Assembly: GCA_017435375.1 (NCBI GenBank) | Contig: JAFSFF010000393.1 | Span: forward strand, 1 to 35,905 | Direction of reading: 5' to 3' | Length of the DNA: 35,905 bases | Source of the DNA: Thermoguttaceae bacterium | GTDB taxonomy: Bacteria > Planctomycetota > Planctomycetia > Pirellulales > Thermoguttaceae | Shown here: one piece after another, positions 17,548-25,510 of the stretch | Position numbering within the stretch: the stretch's first letter is position 1 | How the letters are laid out: every line of letters begins with the position of its first letter | Notes under the pieces: generated by a model | What the model was told of the DNA's origin: nothing | What the model saw: the letters and a program-made list of their open reading frames with translations, nothing else | The model's database searches: none | Program-made: the position numbers and the translations under genes

Positions 17548-17985
17548 ATGGAAGATTCGGACGCTTTTTTGAAGTTGCTGAAAAAGGAACGACGTTTTAC
17601 GTTGGAGACGTATCGCTTTGTCAACGAAGCGTTGGAGTACGCGCAAGAGTTGGGGATGGGGAAGGCCGCCGCGACCGAAAATCCCAACGGCGCGCCTTTG
17701 CCGGACGACGTCGCAAACCACGTGACGGGTCAAGATTTGAGCCGCGCCGCGAAAGATTGGGCGGTTCTGCAGTACGGTTTTATGGCGAAGACGGTGCTTT
17801 CGAAGTTGGGTTTGCGCAAGACTCGCGATATTGGCGACGCGGTTTATAATATGATCGAAGTCGGCTTGATGTCGAAGACGCCGGAGGATTCGGTCGAAGA
17901 CTTCGACGACGTGTTCGACCTCGGCGCCGAACTCGACCGCGCGTTCGCGTTCCAATACGAGAACAAACGCCGCGGACGGAAATAA
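17548..17985 (+). CDS. Minf_1886-family protein, a conserved hypothetical of Planctomycetes and Verrucomicrobia
   Basis: The RFTLETYRFVNEALEYAQ...HVTGQDLSRAAKDWAVLQYGFMAKTVLSKLGLRKTRDIGDAVYNMIEVGLMSKTPED pattern matches my memory of this family. AAGGAG lies 9 nt upstream of ATG 17548. Confidence 0.55.
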   Translation: MEDSDAFLKLLKKERRFTLETYRFVNEALEYAQELGMGKAAATENPNGAPLPDDVANHVTGQDLSRAAKDWAVLQYGFMAKTVLSKLGLRKTRDIGDAVYNMIEVGLMSKTPEDSVEDFDDVFDLGAELDRAFAFQYENKRRGRK

Positions 17986-18082
17986 CGAAAGACGAACGGG
18001 GCTTGTTTCCGTATTATTAATATAACGTCAAATTAGCGGCGACAAAACGAGAAGTTTTTAAAAAGGCGGAGAGAACGTTGTT

Positions 18083-18871
18083 TTGCAAAACGAATTAAAT
18101 TACTGGACGGCTCTGAGCCTCGAATACGCCAACCAGCGCGCGTATTTGGACGATCTTTTTCGCGTTTATCCGACGATTCCCGAGGGGATGCGCGAAATTG
18201 AGCCCCAAAAATGGGCCGACGTCGAAGAGGCGTTTGTCGCGCGGGACAACGAACGGCTCTTGACGCGAATTTTGTCGTTCGATCTGTCGCCGATTAAAGA
18301 TAGTTATATCGCGTATTTGAAAAGGGACGCTTCCGCCGCGAGCCGTAATCCGCAAACGGTCGCGCGGTTGTGCGGGCGTTTATACGAGTTGGGACTCGAC
18401 GAAATTTATAAACTTTGTTCGCAACCGAAGGAAACGAATCGCCAAATCGGGCCGATGTTTCGGCGTTGGATTGAAAAAGGGGCGCTGGGCGTTCGACCGG
18501 TTCCGTTAGAAGTCTTTACGGCGTCGAACGACGACGCGATTCTCGACGCAAGCGACGCGGCGATGAAAGAGTTCGCGTTCCAAAATTTAGGATACCAACG
18601 TAATAAAGGCCTCGATTTTTTAGGGCGTTTTAACGGCAAATACGTTGTCGGCGAAGCGAAATTTTTAACCGATTTTGGCGGTCATCAAGCGGCGCAACTC
18701 AACGACGCGCTCGATACGTTGCGCGCCGATTGCGAAGCGGTTTCCATCGCGATTTTGGACGGCGTAATCTATATTCCCGGTCGCAATAAAATGCATCTTG
18801 CGCTTTACGAGAATCGCGAACGCAATATACTGAGCGCGTTGGTTTTGCGCGAGTTCCTTTATTCCTTATAA
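18083..18871 (+). CDS. Putative type II restriction endonuclease (PD-(D/E)XK-like), family unassigned
   Basis: A candidate catalytic motif is present: KGLDFLGRFNGKYVVGEAKF, i.e. D-x12-E-x-K. It sits 11 nt upstream of, and co-oriented with, a DNA methyltransferase. It is A/T-rich relative to its neighbours. It has a TTG start with GGAGAG upstream. Confidence 0.5.
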   Translation: MQNELNYWTALSLEYANQRAYLDDLFRVYPTIPEGMREIEPQKWADVEEAFVARDNERLLTRILSFDLSPIKDSYIAYLKRDASAASRNPQTVARLCGRLYELGLDEIYKLCSQPKETNRQIGPMFRRWIEKGALGVRPVPLEVFTASNDDAILDASDAAMKEFAFQNLGYQRNKGLDFLGRFNGKYVVGEAKFLTDFGGHQAAQLNDALDTLRADCEAVSIAILDGVIYIPGRNKMHLALYENRERNILSALVLREFLYSL

Positions 18872-18882
18872 ACGTTGACCGT

Positions 18883-19926
18883 ATGAATAATTTGTTGATT
18901 CGCGCGGATAATCTAACGGGTATGCGTTATTTGTTAGATACGCTGAACTTAAAAAATAAAGTCGATTTAGTTTATATCGACCCGCCTTTCGCCACCGGCG
19001 ACGTTTTTTTAACGTCGAAAGATCGTTCGTCGACGATCAGCCGCGCGAAGGACGGCGAAGTCGCTTATGCGGACGCGTTGCAAGGCGAAGAGTATTTGGA
19101 ATTTTTGCGCGCTCGACTTTTACTTCTGAAGGAGTTATTGTCGGAACGCGGTTCGATTTATTTGCATATCGATTATAAAATCGGGCATTACGTTAAAGTC
19201 GTAATGGACGAAGTTTTCGGCGTGGAAAACTTTCGCAACGATATTTCTCGCGTCAAATGCAATCCGAAAAATTTTGCGCGCGTCGGTTACGGAAACGTTA
19301 AGGACTTGATACTTTTTTATTCGAAGTCGACGAAACCGATTTGGCGCGAACCGAAAACCGCGTACTCCGAAGCCGACGTCGCTCGTTTATTTCCGAAAAA
19401 AGACGAAAACGGGCGAGCGTATACGACCGTGCCGATTCACGCGCCGGGCGAGACGAAAAACGGAAAAACAAGTTTGCCGTTTAAGGGAATGAATCCGCCG
19501 AAAGGGCGACATTGGCGCGCCGACGTCGAAACGTTGGAGGAATGGGACGCGCAAGGTCTTTTGGAGTGGTCGTCGCGGGGCAATCCTCGGAAAAAAATTT
19601 TCGCAGACGAGCAGGAAGGCAAACGAGTTCAGGATATTTGGGAGTTTAAAGATCCGCCTTATCCCATTTATCCGACCGAAAAAAACTTGGATATGTTGAA
19701 GTTAATCGTCGCGACTTCGTCCGACGAAAACAGCGTGGTGCTGGACGCGTTTTGCGGTTCCGGCACGACGTTAAAAGCGGCGCAATTTCACGGACGAACT
19801 TGGATTGGAATTGATTCGTCGGAAAAGGCGATCGAGGTAACGCGAAAAAAGTTAGGCGACGCGCAAAAAGACCTGTTTAGCGAAAGTCGCGGTTACGATT
19901 TTATCGATTTACAAGACGTCGGCTAA
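18883..19926 (+). CDS. Beta-class N6-adenine/N4-cytosine site-specific DNA methyltransferase
   Basis: Motif IV (DLVYIDPPFATG) precedes motif I (VVLDAFCGSGTT), which is the beta-class permutation. A TEK(N/P)-type YPTEKNLDML block is also present, and the organisation resembles PF01555. Confidence 0.85.
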   Translation: MNNLLIRADNLTGMRYLLDTLNLKNKVDLVYIDPPFATGDVFLTSKDRSSTISRAKDGEVAYADALQGEEYLEFLRARLLLLKELLSERGSIYLHIDYKIGHYVKVVMDEVFGVENFRNDISRVKCNPKNFARVGYGNVKDLILFYSKSTKPIWREPKTAYSEADVARLFPKKDENGRAYTTVPIHAPGETKNGKTSLPFKGMNPPKGRHWRADVETLEEWDAQGLLEWSSRGNPRKKIFADEQEGKRVQDIWEFKDPPYPIYPTEKNLDMLKLIVATSSDENSVVLDAFCGSGTTLKAAQFHGRTWIGIDSSEKAIEVTRKKLGDAQKDLFSESRGYDFIDLQDVG

Positions 19927-20037
19927 GCGAAAGCCGGTCGTCGCGGCGTCGCGACGGTTGCGTTAGACGGCGCGATTGGGTTTGAATATTTTTGAAAAGC
20001 GCGGCGTTTGTCGCGAATAGGAAGGAAGCGTAACATT

Positions 20038-21693
20038 ATGATTCACGAACGAGCCGGGCTCCCGACGCAACCGTCCGATTTGATCGACGTCGCGGCGTTG
20101 GAACGCGATTATTTTGAAAAACAACCGAATTTGAGCGTTCCGGAGGAGCGCGTCCGTTTCGGCACCGGCGGGCACCGCGGAAAAGCGTCCGAAGCGTCGT
20201 TTAACGAAGCGCACATCAAAGCGATCGTTCAGGCGATCGTCGATTGGCGGCGAACGCAAGCCCCGAACGGCGAGCCGAGCGTTATGCTCCTCGGCAAGGA
20301 CACGCACGCCCTTTCCGACGCGGCGCAAAAAACCGCGCTCGGCGTCTTGGCCGCGAACGGCGTCGAAACGCGACTCCAAGAGAAAAACGGCGTTACCCCG
20401 ACCCCGGCGATTTCGCGAGCGATTTTGGCCGGCAACCGCGCCAACGGAGCGAACTACTGCGACGGTATTATCATCACTCCGTCGCACAACCCCCCGACCG
20501 ACGGCGGAATCAAGTACAATCCGACGAACGGCGGCGGCGCCGACCTCGACGTTACCAACTGGATCGAAAATCGGGCGAACGCGCTCCTCGAAAACGGGAA
20601 CGTCGACGTCAAATTCGTTTCGTTCGAAGAAGCGCTCGCCGCGCCGACGACGCAAGAAATCGATTACGTCGCCGATTACGTCGCCGACTTGGCGAACGTC
20701 GTCGATATGGAGGCGATTCGCAAAGCCGGGATTCGCATCGGCGTCGACCCGTTGGGGGGCGCCGCGGTCGGGTACTGGAAGCCGATCGCCGAAAAATATG
20801 GGCTCGACATTACCGTCGTGAACGATAAAATCGACCCGACCTTCTCCTTTATGTCGATCGACCGCGACGGTAAAATCCGAATGGACTGCTCGAGCCCGTA
20901 CGCGATGCGCGGCCTCATCGGGTTGAAGGATAAGTTTGACATTGCGTTCGCCAACGACCCGGACTCCGACCGACACGGGATCGTCGCGCCGAGCGTCGGG
21001 TTGATGAACCCGAACCATTACTTGGCGGTCGTCGTCGATTATTTGATCAAAAATCGCCCGACGTGGAGCGAAAATCTCGGTATCGGCAAAACGCTCGTTT
21101 CGAGCGCGATCATCGACTCCGTCGTCGCCGACTTGGGACGTAAGCTGATCGAAGTTCCGGTCGGTTTCAAGTGGTTCGTCCCGGGCCTCTTCAACGGCGA
21201 AATCTGCTTCGGCGGCGAAGAGAGCGCGGGCGCGAGTTTCTTGCGCTTCGACGGAACCGTTTGGACGACCGATAAGGACGGCCTTATTTTGAACTTGCTC
21301 GCCGCCGAAATGTTGGCGAAAACCGGCAAAGACCCGGGCGTTTTGTACGCCGAACTGACCGAAAAGTTCGGGTCGCCTTATTATTCGCGAATCGACGCTC
21401 CGGCGACCCTCGCGACGAAAGCGGCGCTCAAGAAGATGACGCCGGATCAAGTCAAGACGGAAACGCTCGCCGGCGCGAAAATCGTCGCTCGCTTGACCAA
21501 GGCGCCCGGCAACGACGCTGAAATCGGCGGTCTGAAAATTGTCTCGGAAAACGGCTGGTTCGCGGCGCGACCGTCCGGAACGGAAATGGCGTACAAAATT
21601 TACGCCGAATCGTTCGTTAGCGAAGAACACCTCGCGCAGATTATGAAGGAAGCGCAAGAGATCGTCGGCGAGGCGTTGAAAGACGCGCAATGA
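20038..21693 (+). CDS. pgm: Phosphoglucomutase (alpha-D-glucose phosphate-specific)
   Basis: It is collinear with E. coli Pgm: [16 protein letters not shown]..., [41 protein letters not shown] and [19 protein letters not shown] lies upstream of ATG 20038. The minus ORF 19963-21690 is a shadow. Confidence 0.95.
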   Translation: MIHERAGLPTQPSDLIDVAALERDYFEKQPNLSVPEERVRFGTGGHRGKASEASFNEAHIKAIVQAIVDWRRTQAPNGEPSVMLLGKDTHALSDAAQKTALGVLAANGVETRLQEKNGVTPTPAISRAILAGNRANGANYCDGIIITPSHNPPTDGGIKYNPTNGGGADLDVTNWIENRANALLENGNVDVKFVSFEEALAAPTTQEIDYVADYVADLANVVDMEAIRKAGIRIGVDPLGGAAVGYWKPIAEKYGLDITVVNDKIDPTFSFMSIDRDGKIRMDCSSPYAMRGLIGLKDKFDIAFANDPDSDRHGIVAPSVGLMNPNHYLAVVVDYLIKNRPTWSENLGIGKTLVSSAIIDSVVADLGRKLIEVPVGFKWFVPGLFNGEICFGGEESAGASFLRFDGTVWTTDKDGLILNLLAAEMLAKTGKDPGVLYAELTEKFGSPYYSRIDAPATLATKAALKKMTPDQVKTETLAGAKIVARLTKAPGNDAEIGGLKIVSENGWFAARPSGTEMAYKIYAESFVSEEHLAQIMKEAQEIVGEALKDAQ

Positions 21694-22661
21694 CGATAAA
21701 AGCGAACGGTAATCGCGATTTTAACGAAAGCGGCGACCGGGGCGAACGCAACGATATTGACGTTCGCGCCGAGTTCGCCGCTTTCGGCGTTTCGCGAGGG
21801 ACTCTTTGGGCGACCGAATTCGCCGAATTGTTGGAGAAAACCGAGGCGCGTCTCGTCGGCGTTACCGGACGGCGGCATATTGTTCCGGAGGCTTGGGGCG
21901 CGGTCGAGTCGGCGGCGCGAACGGCGGCGCGGGCGTTGGTCGCGGCGGCGGGGGAAGACGGGCGGCCGATTTACGTCGCGACCGGCTTGGCGATCGGCGC
22001 CGATCAACTCGCGGCGAAGCTAGTTTTGGAGGCGCGGGCGGAGGCGGAGGCTCGGGGCGAAGCGTCGCCGTTGCGATTGGTCGCGCTTTTGCCGATGAGC
22101 GTCGCGGAGTATCGGCGCGACTTTTCGACGAAGCCGGGAACGGGAAAAACTGCGTCGGCGTCGGAACTCGACGATTTTGACCGTTATTTAGCGTCGGCGA
22201 ACTTGGTGGTCGAGATCGAACCGACGTTGGCGAACGTCGAGCGAGCGGAGCGCGGGGAACCGCTCGACCGAACGGCGCAATACGCGGCGCTGGGCGATTT
22301 TTTAGTCGAGCGTTCGCGTCTTCTTTGGGCGTTTTGGAGCGGCGACGCGTCGAACGTGAAGCCCGGCGGAACGACGGACGTCGTGTTGCGCAAGACGCGG
22401 CGACTCGCGAACGTCGACGACGGCGAGAACGTTGGGAACGTTCGCGCTTCTTCGGAAGCGTCGGCGGAGGCGGTTTGTTGCGTCGCGACGCCGGAGGTTT
22501 TGCGCGTCAAAAATCCGGACGGAACGAAGGCGCGGATTCCGGAGTCGACCGAAAACGCCGGAAAGCTCGCCTTCTGGACGTCGCCGATAGACGCGCCGCC
22601 GAAATTTGAGTCGCCGGAAAACGTCGTCGACGATTTAAAACGCTTTTGGAAAAGGAAATAG
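21690..22661 (+). CDS. Hypothetical protein with a SLOG (Smf/DprA-LOG)-like Rossmannoid core
   Basis: [33 protein letters not shown] and LLWAFWSGD...KPGGTTDVV resemble the GxAxGxD and PGGxGT signatures of DprA, YpsA and LOG-type domains. Its start overlaps the pgm stop (ATGA). Confidence 0.45.
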   Translation: MTIKANGNRDFNESGDRGERNDIDVRAEFAAFGVSRGTLWATEFAELLEKTEARLVGVTGRRHIVPEAWGAVESAARTAARALVAAAGEDGRPIYVATGLAIGADQLAAKLVLEARAEAEARGEASPLRLVALLPMSVAEYRRDFSTKPGTGKTASASELDDFDRYLASANLVVEIEPTLANVERAERGEPLDRTAQYAALGDFLVERSRLLWAFWSGDASNVKPGGTTDVVLRKTRRLANVDDGENVGNVRASSEASAEAVCCVATPEVLRVKNPDGTKARIPESTENAGKLAFWTSPIDAPPKFESPENVVDDLKRFWKRK

Positions 22662-22823
22662 CGTTTGTTGGAACGGAGCGTCGAACGGCGAATAAATAAA
22701 GGCGTCGCTAATCGAAACGCCTGAAAACGTCGCGTTGGCGAGACTTGGCGACTTCCGGAACCGCAAAAACGAGCGGCGAATTTTAAATTGGATAAATTAA
22801 CGACTTAAATTTAAGGAACGATA

Positions 22824-24038
22824 ATGTTGCTTTTCAAAGCGGCGTATTGCCGCGCGTTTCAAGCGGCGTTTCGGGCGGCGCTTCCGATTCTTCCTTATCG
22901 CGAACCGGAGATTGTGCCGACGTGCGCCGAGCTTCCTCGCGTCTTTCTTAAAGAGAACGTGAAAAAGGTCTTAATCGTCGCCGATCAAGGGGTTAGGAAC
23001 GCCGGTTTGCTGGCGCCGATCGAGTCGGCGTTGACGAAAAACGCCGTCGGTTACGTTGTGTACGACAAGACGCGTCCGAATCCGACGGTCGACAATGTCG
23101 AGGAAGCGTTAACCGTTTATCGGGAAAACGGTTGCGACGCGTTGATCGCCGTCGGCGGCGGATCGCCGATCGACTGCGCTAAAGCCGTCGGCGCTCGAGT
23201 CGTCTATCCTAACAAGAGCGTTGGCAAGCTTAAGGGACTGCTGCGCGTTTGGCGGCGGTTGCCGCCGTTGATCGCCGTGCCGACGACGGCGGGCACCGGA
23301 AGCGAAACGACCGTCGCCGCGGTGATCGTCGACGCCGAGAAACAACATAAATATACGATTCTAAGTTTTCCGTTGATACCGACTTACGCCGTGCTGGATC
23401 CGGAGCTGACTTTTTCGTTGCCGCCGAATTTGACCGCGACGACCGGAATCGACGCGCTCGTTCACGCCGTCGAGGCGTATGTCGGACGTTCGACGACTAA
23501 AGAAACGCGCCGCTTAGCTTTAGACGCGACGAAACTGATTTTCGAAAACCTAGAAATCGCGTTTAACGACGGTCGAAATCGCGACGCTCGCGAAAAAATG
23601 CTCCGCGCCGCGCATATGGCCGGGTTGGCGTTTTCGAAGTCTTACGTCGGCTACGTTCACGCGGTCGCTCACACGCTCGGAGGACGTTACGGGACGCCGC
23701 ACGGTCTCGCCAACGCGGTAATAACGCCTTACGTTCTCGACGCTTATGGAAAGAGCGTTTATCGAAAGTTGCGCGACCTTGCCGTCGCCGCCGGCGTTGC
23801 GACGCGACAAGACGACGCGAAAACCGCCGCGGAAAAAATGATCGCCGCGATTCGCAATCTGAACGCGAAACTTGGAATTCCGGAAAGGCTCGCCGGGATT
23901 AAAGAAGAAGATATTCCGACGATGGCGCGGCTTGCGGCGAAGGAGGCGAATCCGTTGTATCCTGTTCCTAAGTTGTTTGGCGTAAAGGAATTGGAGCAAT
24001 TTTATTATTGCGTCGCCGATTGGCGCGACAAACGTTAG
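22824..24038 (+). CDS. Iron-containing (group III) alcohol dehydrogenase
   Basis: It contains AVGGGSPIDCAKAV, the PTTAGTGSE nucleotide-binding motif and metal-binding His motifs (VHAVEAY, HAVAHTLG). Confidence 0.85.
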   Translation: MLLFKAAYCRAFQAAFRAALPILPYREPEIVPTCAELPRVFLKENVKKVLIVADQGVRNAGLLAPIESALTKNAVGYVVYDKTRPNPTVDNVEEALTVYRENGCDALIAVGGGSPIDCAKAVGARVVYPNKSVGKLKGLLRVWRRLPPLIAVPTTAGTGSETTVAAVIVDAEKQHKYTILSFPLIPTYAVLDPELTFSLPPNLTATTGIDALVHAVEAYVGRSTTKETRRLALDATKLIFENLEIAFNDGRNRDAREKMLRAAHMAGLAFSKSYVGYVHAVAHTLGGRYGTPHGLANAVITPYVLDAYGKSVYRKLRDLAVAAGVATRQDDAKTAAEKMIAAIRNLNAKLGIPERLAGIKEEDIPTMARLAAKEANPLYPVPKLFGVKELEQFYYCVADWRDKR

Positions 24039-24053
24039 AGAGGACGACGAACG

Positions 24054-25436
24054 ATGACCGCGAAAGAAATCGAAAATTTGCTGGAAAAACAGCGGAAATT
24101 TTATCGAAGCGGCGCGACGATTCCGGTCGCTTTTCGCGTCGAGCGGTTGAAAGAACTGCGCCGCGCGATTCGGAAATACGAGTCCGAAATTGCCGCGGCG
24201 TTGCTAAGCGACCTTGGCAAAAGCTCTTATGAAAGTTATATGTGCGAAGTTGGCCTCGCGCTTTCCGAAATATCGCATATGATTCGAAAAACGAAAAAAT
24301 ATGCGGCGCCGCGTCGCGTTTGGACTCCGCTCGCGCAGTTTCCGTCGCGCAGTTATCGACAAGCGATTCCGCGCGGAAACGTTTTGATTATGAGCCCTTG
24401 GAACTACCCGTTTTTGTTGACTATCGGGCCGTTGATCGACGCGATCGCCGCCGGCAACGTCGCGATTTTAAAGCCGAGCGCCTATTCGCCCGCGACGAGC
24501 GCCGTCGTTGCAAAGCTAATTGCGGCGACGTTTGCGTCGGAATACGTTGCGGTCGTAACGGGGGGACGGGTCGAAAACGCCGCGCTTCTCGACCAAAAAT
24601 TCGATTTCATCTTCTTTACCGGCGGACAAACGGTCGGAAAGGAAGTGTTGCGTCGCGCCGCCGAAAACTTGACGCCGGTCGCGTTGGAACTGGGCGGGAA
24701 GAGTCCGTGCTTCGTCGATTCGACGGCGAATATAAAAGTTGCCGCTAAACGAATTGTGTTTGGCAAATATTTGAATTGCGGGCAAACGTGCGTCGCGCCG
24801 GACTATATCCTTTGCGAACGCTCGATTAAAGACGCTTTTGTCGAGGAAGTCGTCAAAGAAATTAAACGACAGTACGGCGATAAACCGTTGGAAAATAAGG
24901 ATTATGGAAAGATTGTCAACGCGAAACATTTCGAGCGACTTTGCGGTTTGATCGATCGCGACAAGGTCGTTTTCGGCGGCGGTTGCGACGCTCTGTCGTT
25001 GCGCGTCGAGCCGACAGTGTTAGACGGTGTAACGGAAGCGGACGCGGTAATGGGCGAAGAAATTTTCGGCCCGATTATGCCGATTCTGACGTTCGACGAT
25101 TTTGACGCGGCGGTCGACGCCCTTAAAACGAAGGCCAAGCCTCTGGCTCTTTATCTTTTTTCGAACGATAAAAAACGGATAAAACGCGTAACGACGGAAC
25201 TTGCGTACGGCGGCGGTTGCGTGAACGACGTGGTGATTCATTTAGCGACGACGGAGATGGGATTTGGCGGCGTCGGCGAAAGCGGAATGGGGGCGTATCA
25301 CGGCAAGACCGGTTTTGACGCGTTTTCGCACCTTAAATCGATCGTCGACAAGGCGACGTGGCTCGACCTGCCGATGCGTTATCGACCGTACCAAAATCGA
25401 TTTTACGCGGCGGCGCTCCGAATGTTTTTGCGCTAA
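24054..25436 (+). CDS. NAD(P)-dependent aldehyde dehydrogenase (class 3-like)
   Basis: It contains SPWNYPF, ELGGKSP, the catalytic Cys context GQTCVAPDY, and EEIFGPI. At 460 aa it is about the expected length. Confidence 0.85.
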   Translation: MTAKEIENLLEKQRKFYRSGATIPVAFRVERLKELRRAIRKYESEIAAALLSDLGKSSYESYMCEVGLALSEISHMIRKTKKYAAPRRVWTPLAQFPSRSYRQAIPRGNVLIMSPWNYPFLLTIGPLIDAIAAGNVAILKPSAYSPATSAVVAKLIAATFASEYVAVVTGGRVENAALLDQKFDFIFFTGGQTVGKEVLRRAAENLTPVALELGGKSPCFVDSTANIKVAAKRIVFGKYLNCGQTCVAPDYILCERSIKDAFVEEVVKEIKRQYGDKPLENKDYGKIVNAKHFERLCGLIDRDKVVFGGGCDALSLRVEPTVLDGVTEADAVMGEEIFGPIMPILTFDDFDAAVDALKTKAKPLALYLFSNDKKRIKRVTTELAYGGGCVNDVVIHLATTEMGFGGVGESGMGAYHGKTGFDAFSHLKSIVDKATWLDLPMRYRPYQNRFYAAALRMFLR

Positions 25437-25510
25437 GCGTTAAAATAACGGATATTTTTTATCGACTATTCATTTCTAACGTCTTATAAAATTGGATTTA
25501 GGGGGATTTT

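Noticed and set aside
17986-20037. The restriction-modification pair as part of a bounded mobile element with flanking direct repeats, an integrase or a transposase
   Set aside because: I found no recombinase or transposase ORF and no convincing direct or inverted repeats at the two flanks. Only the compositional shift supports horizontal origin, so it is reported as an island rather than a mobile element.
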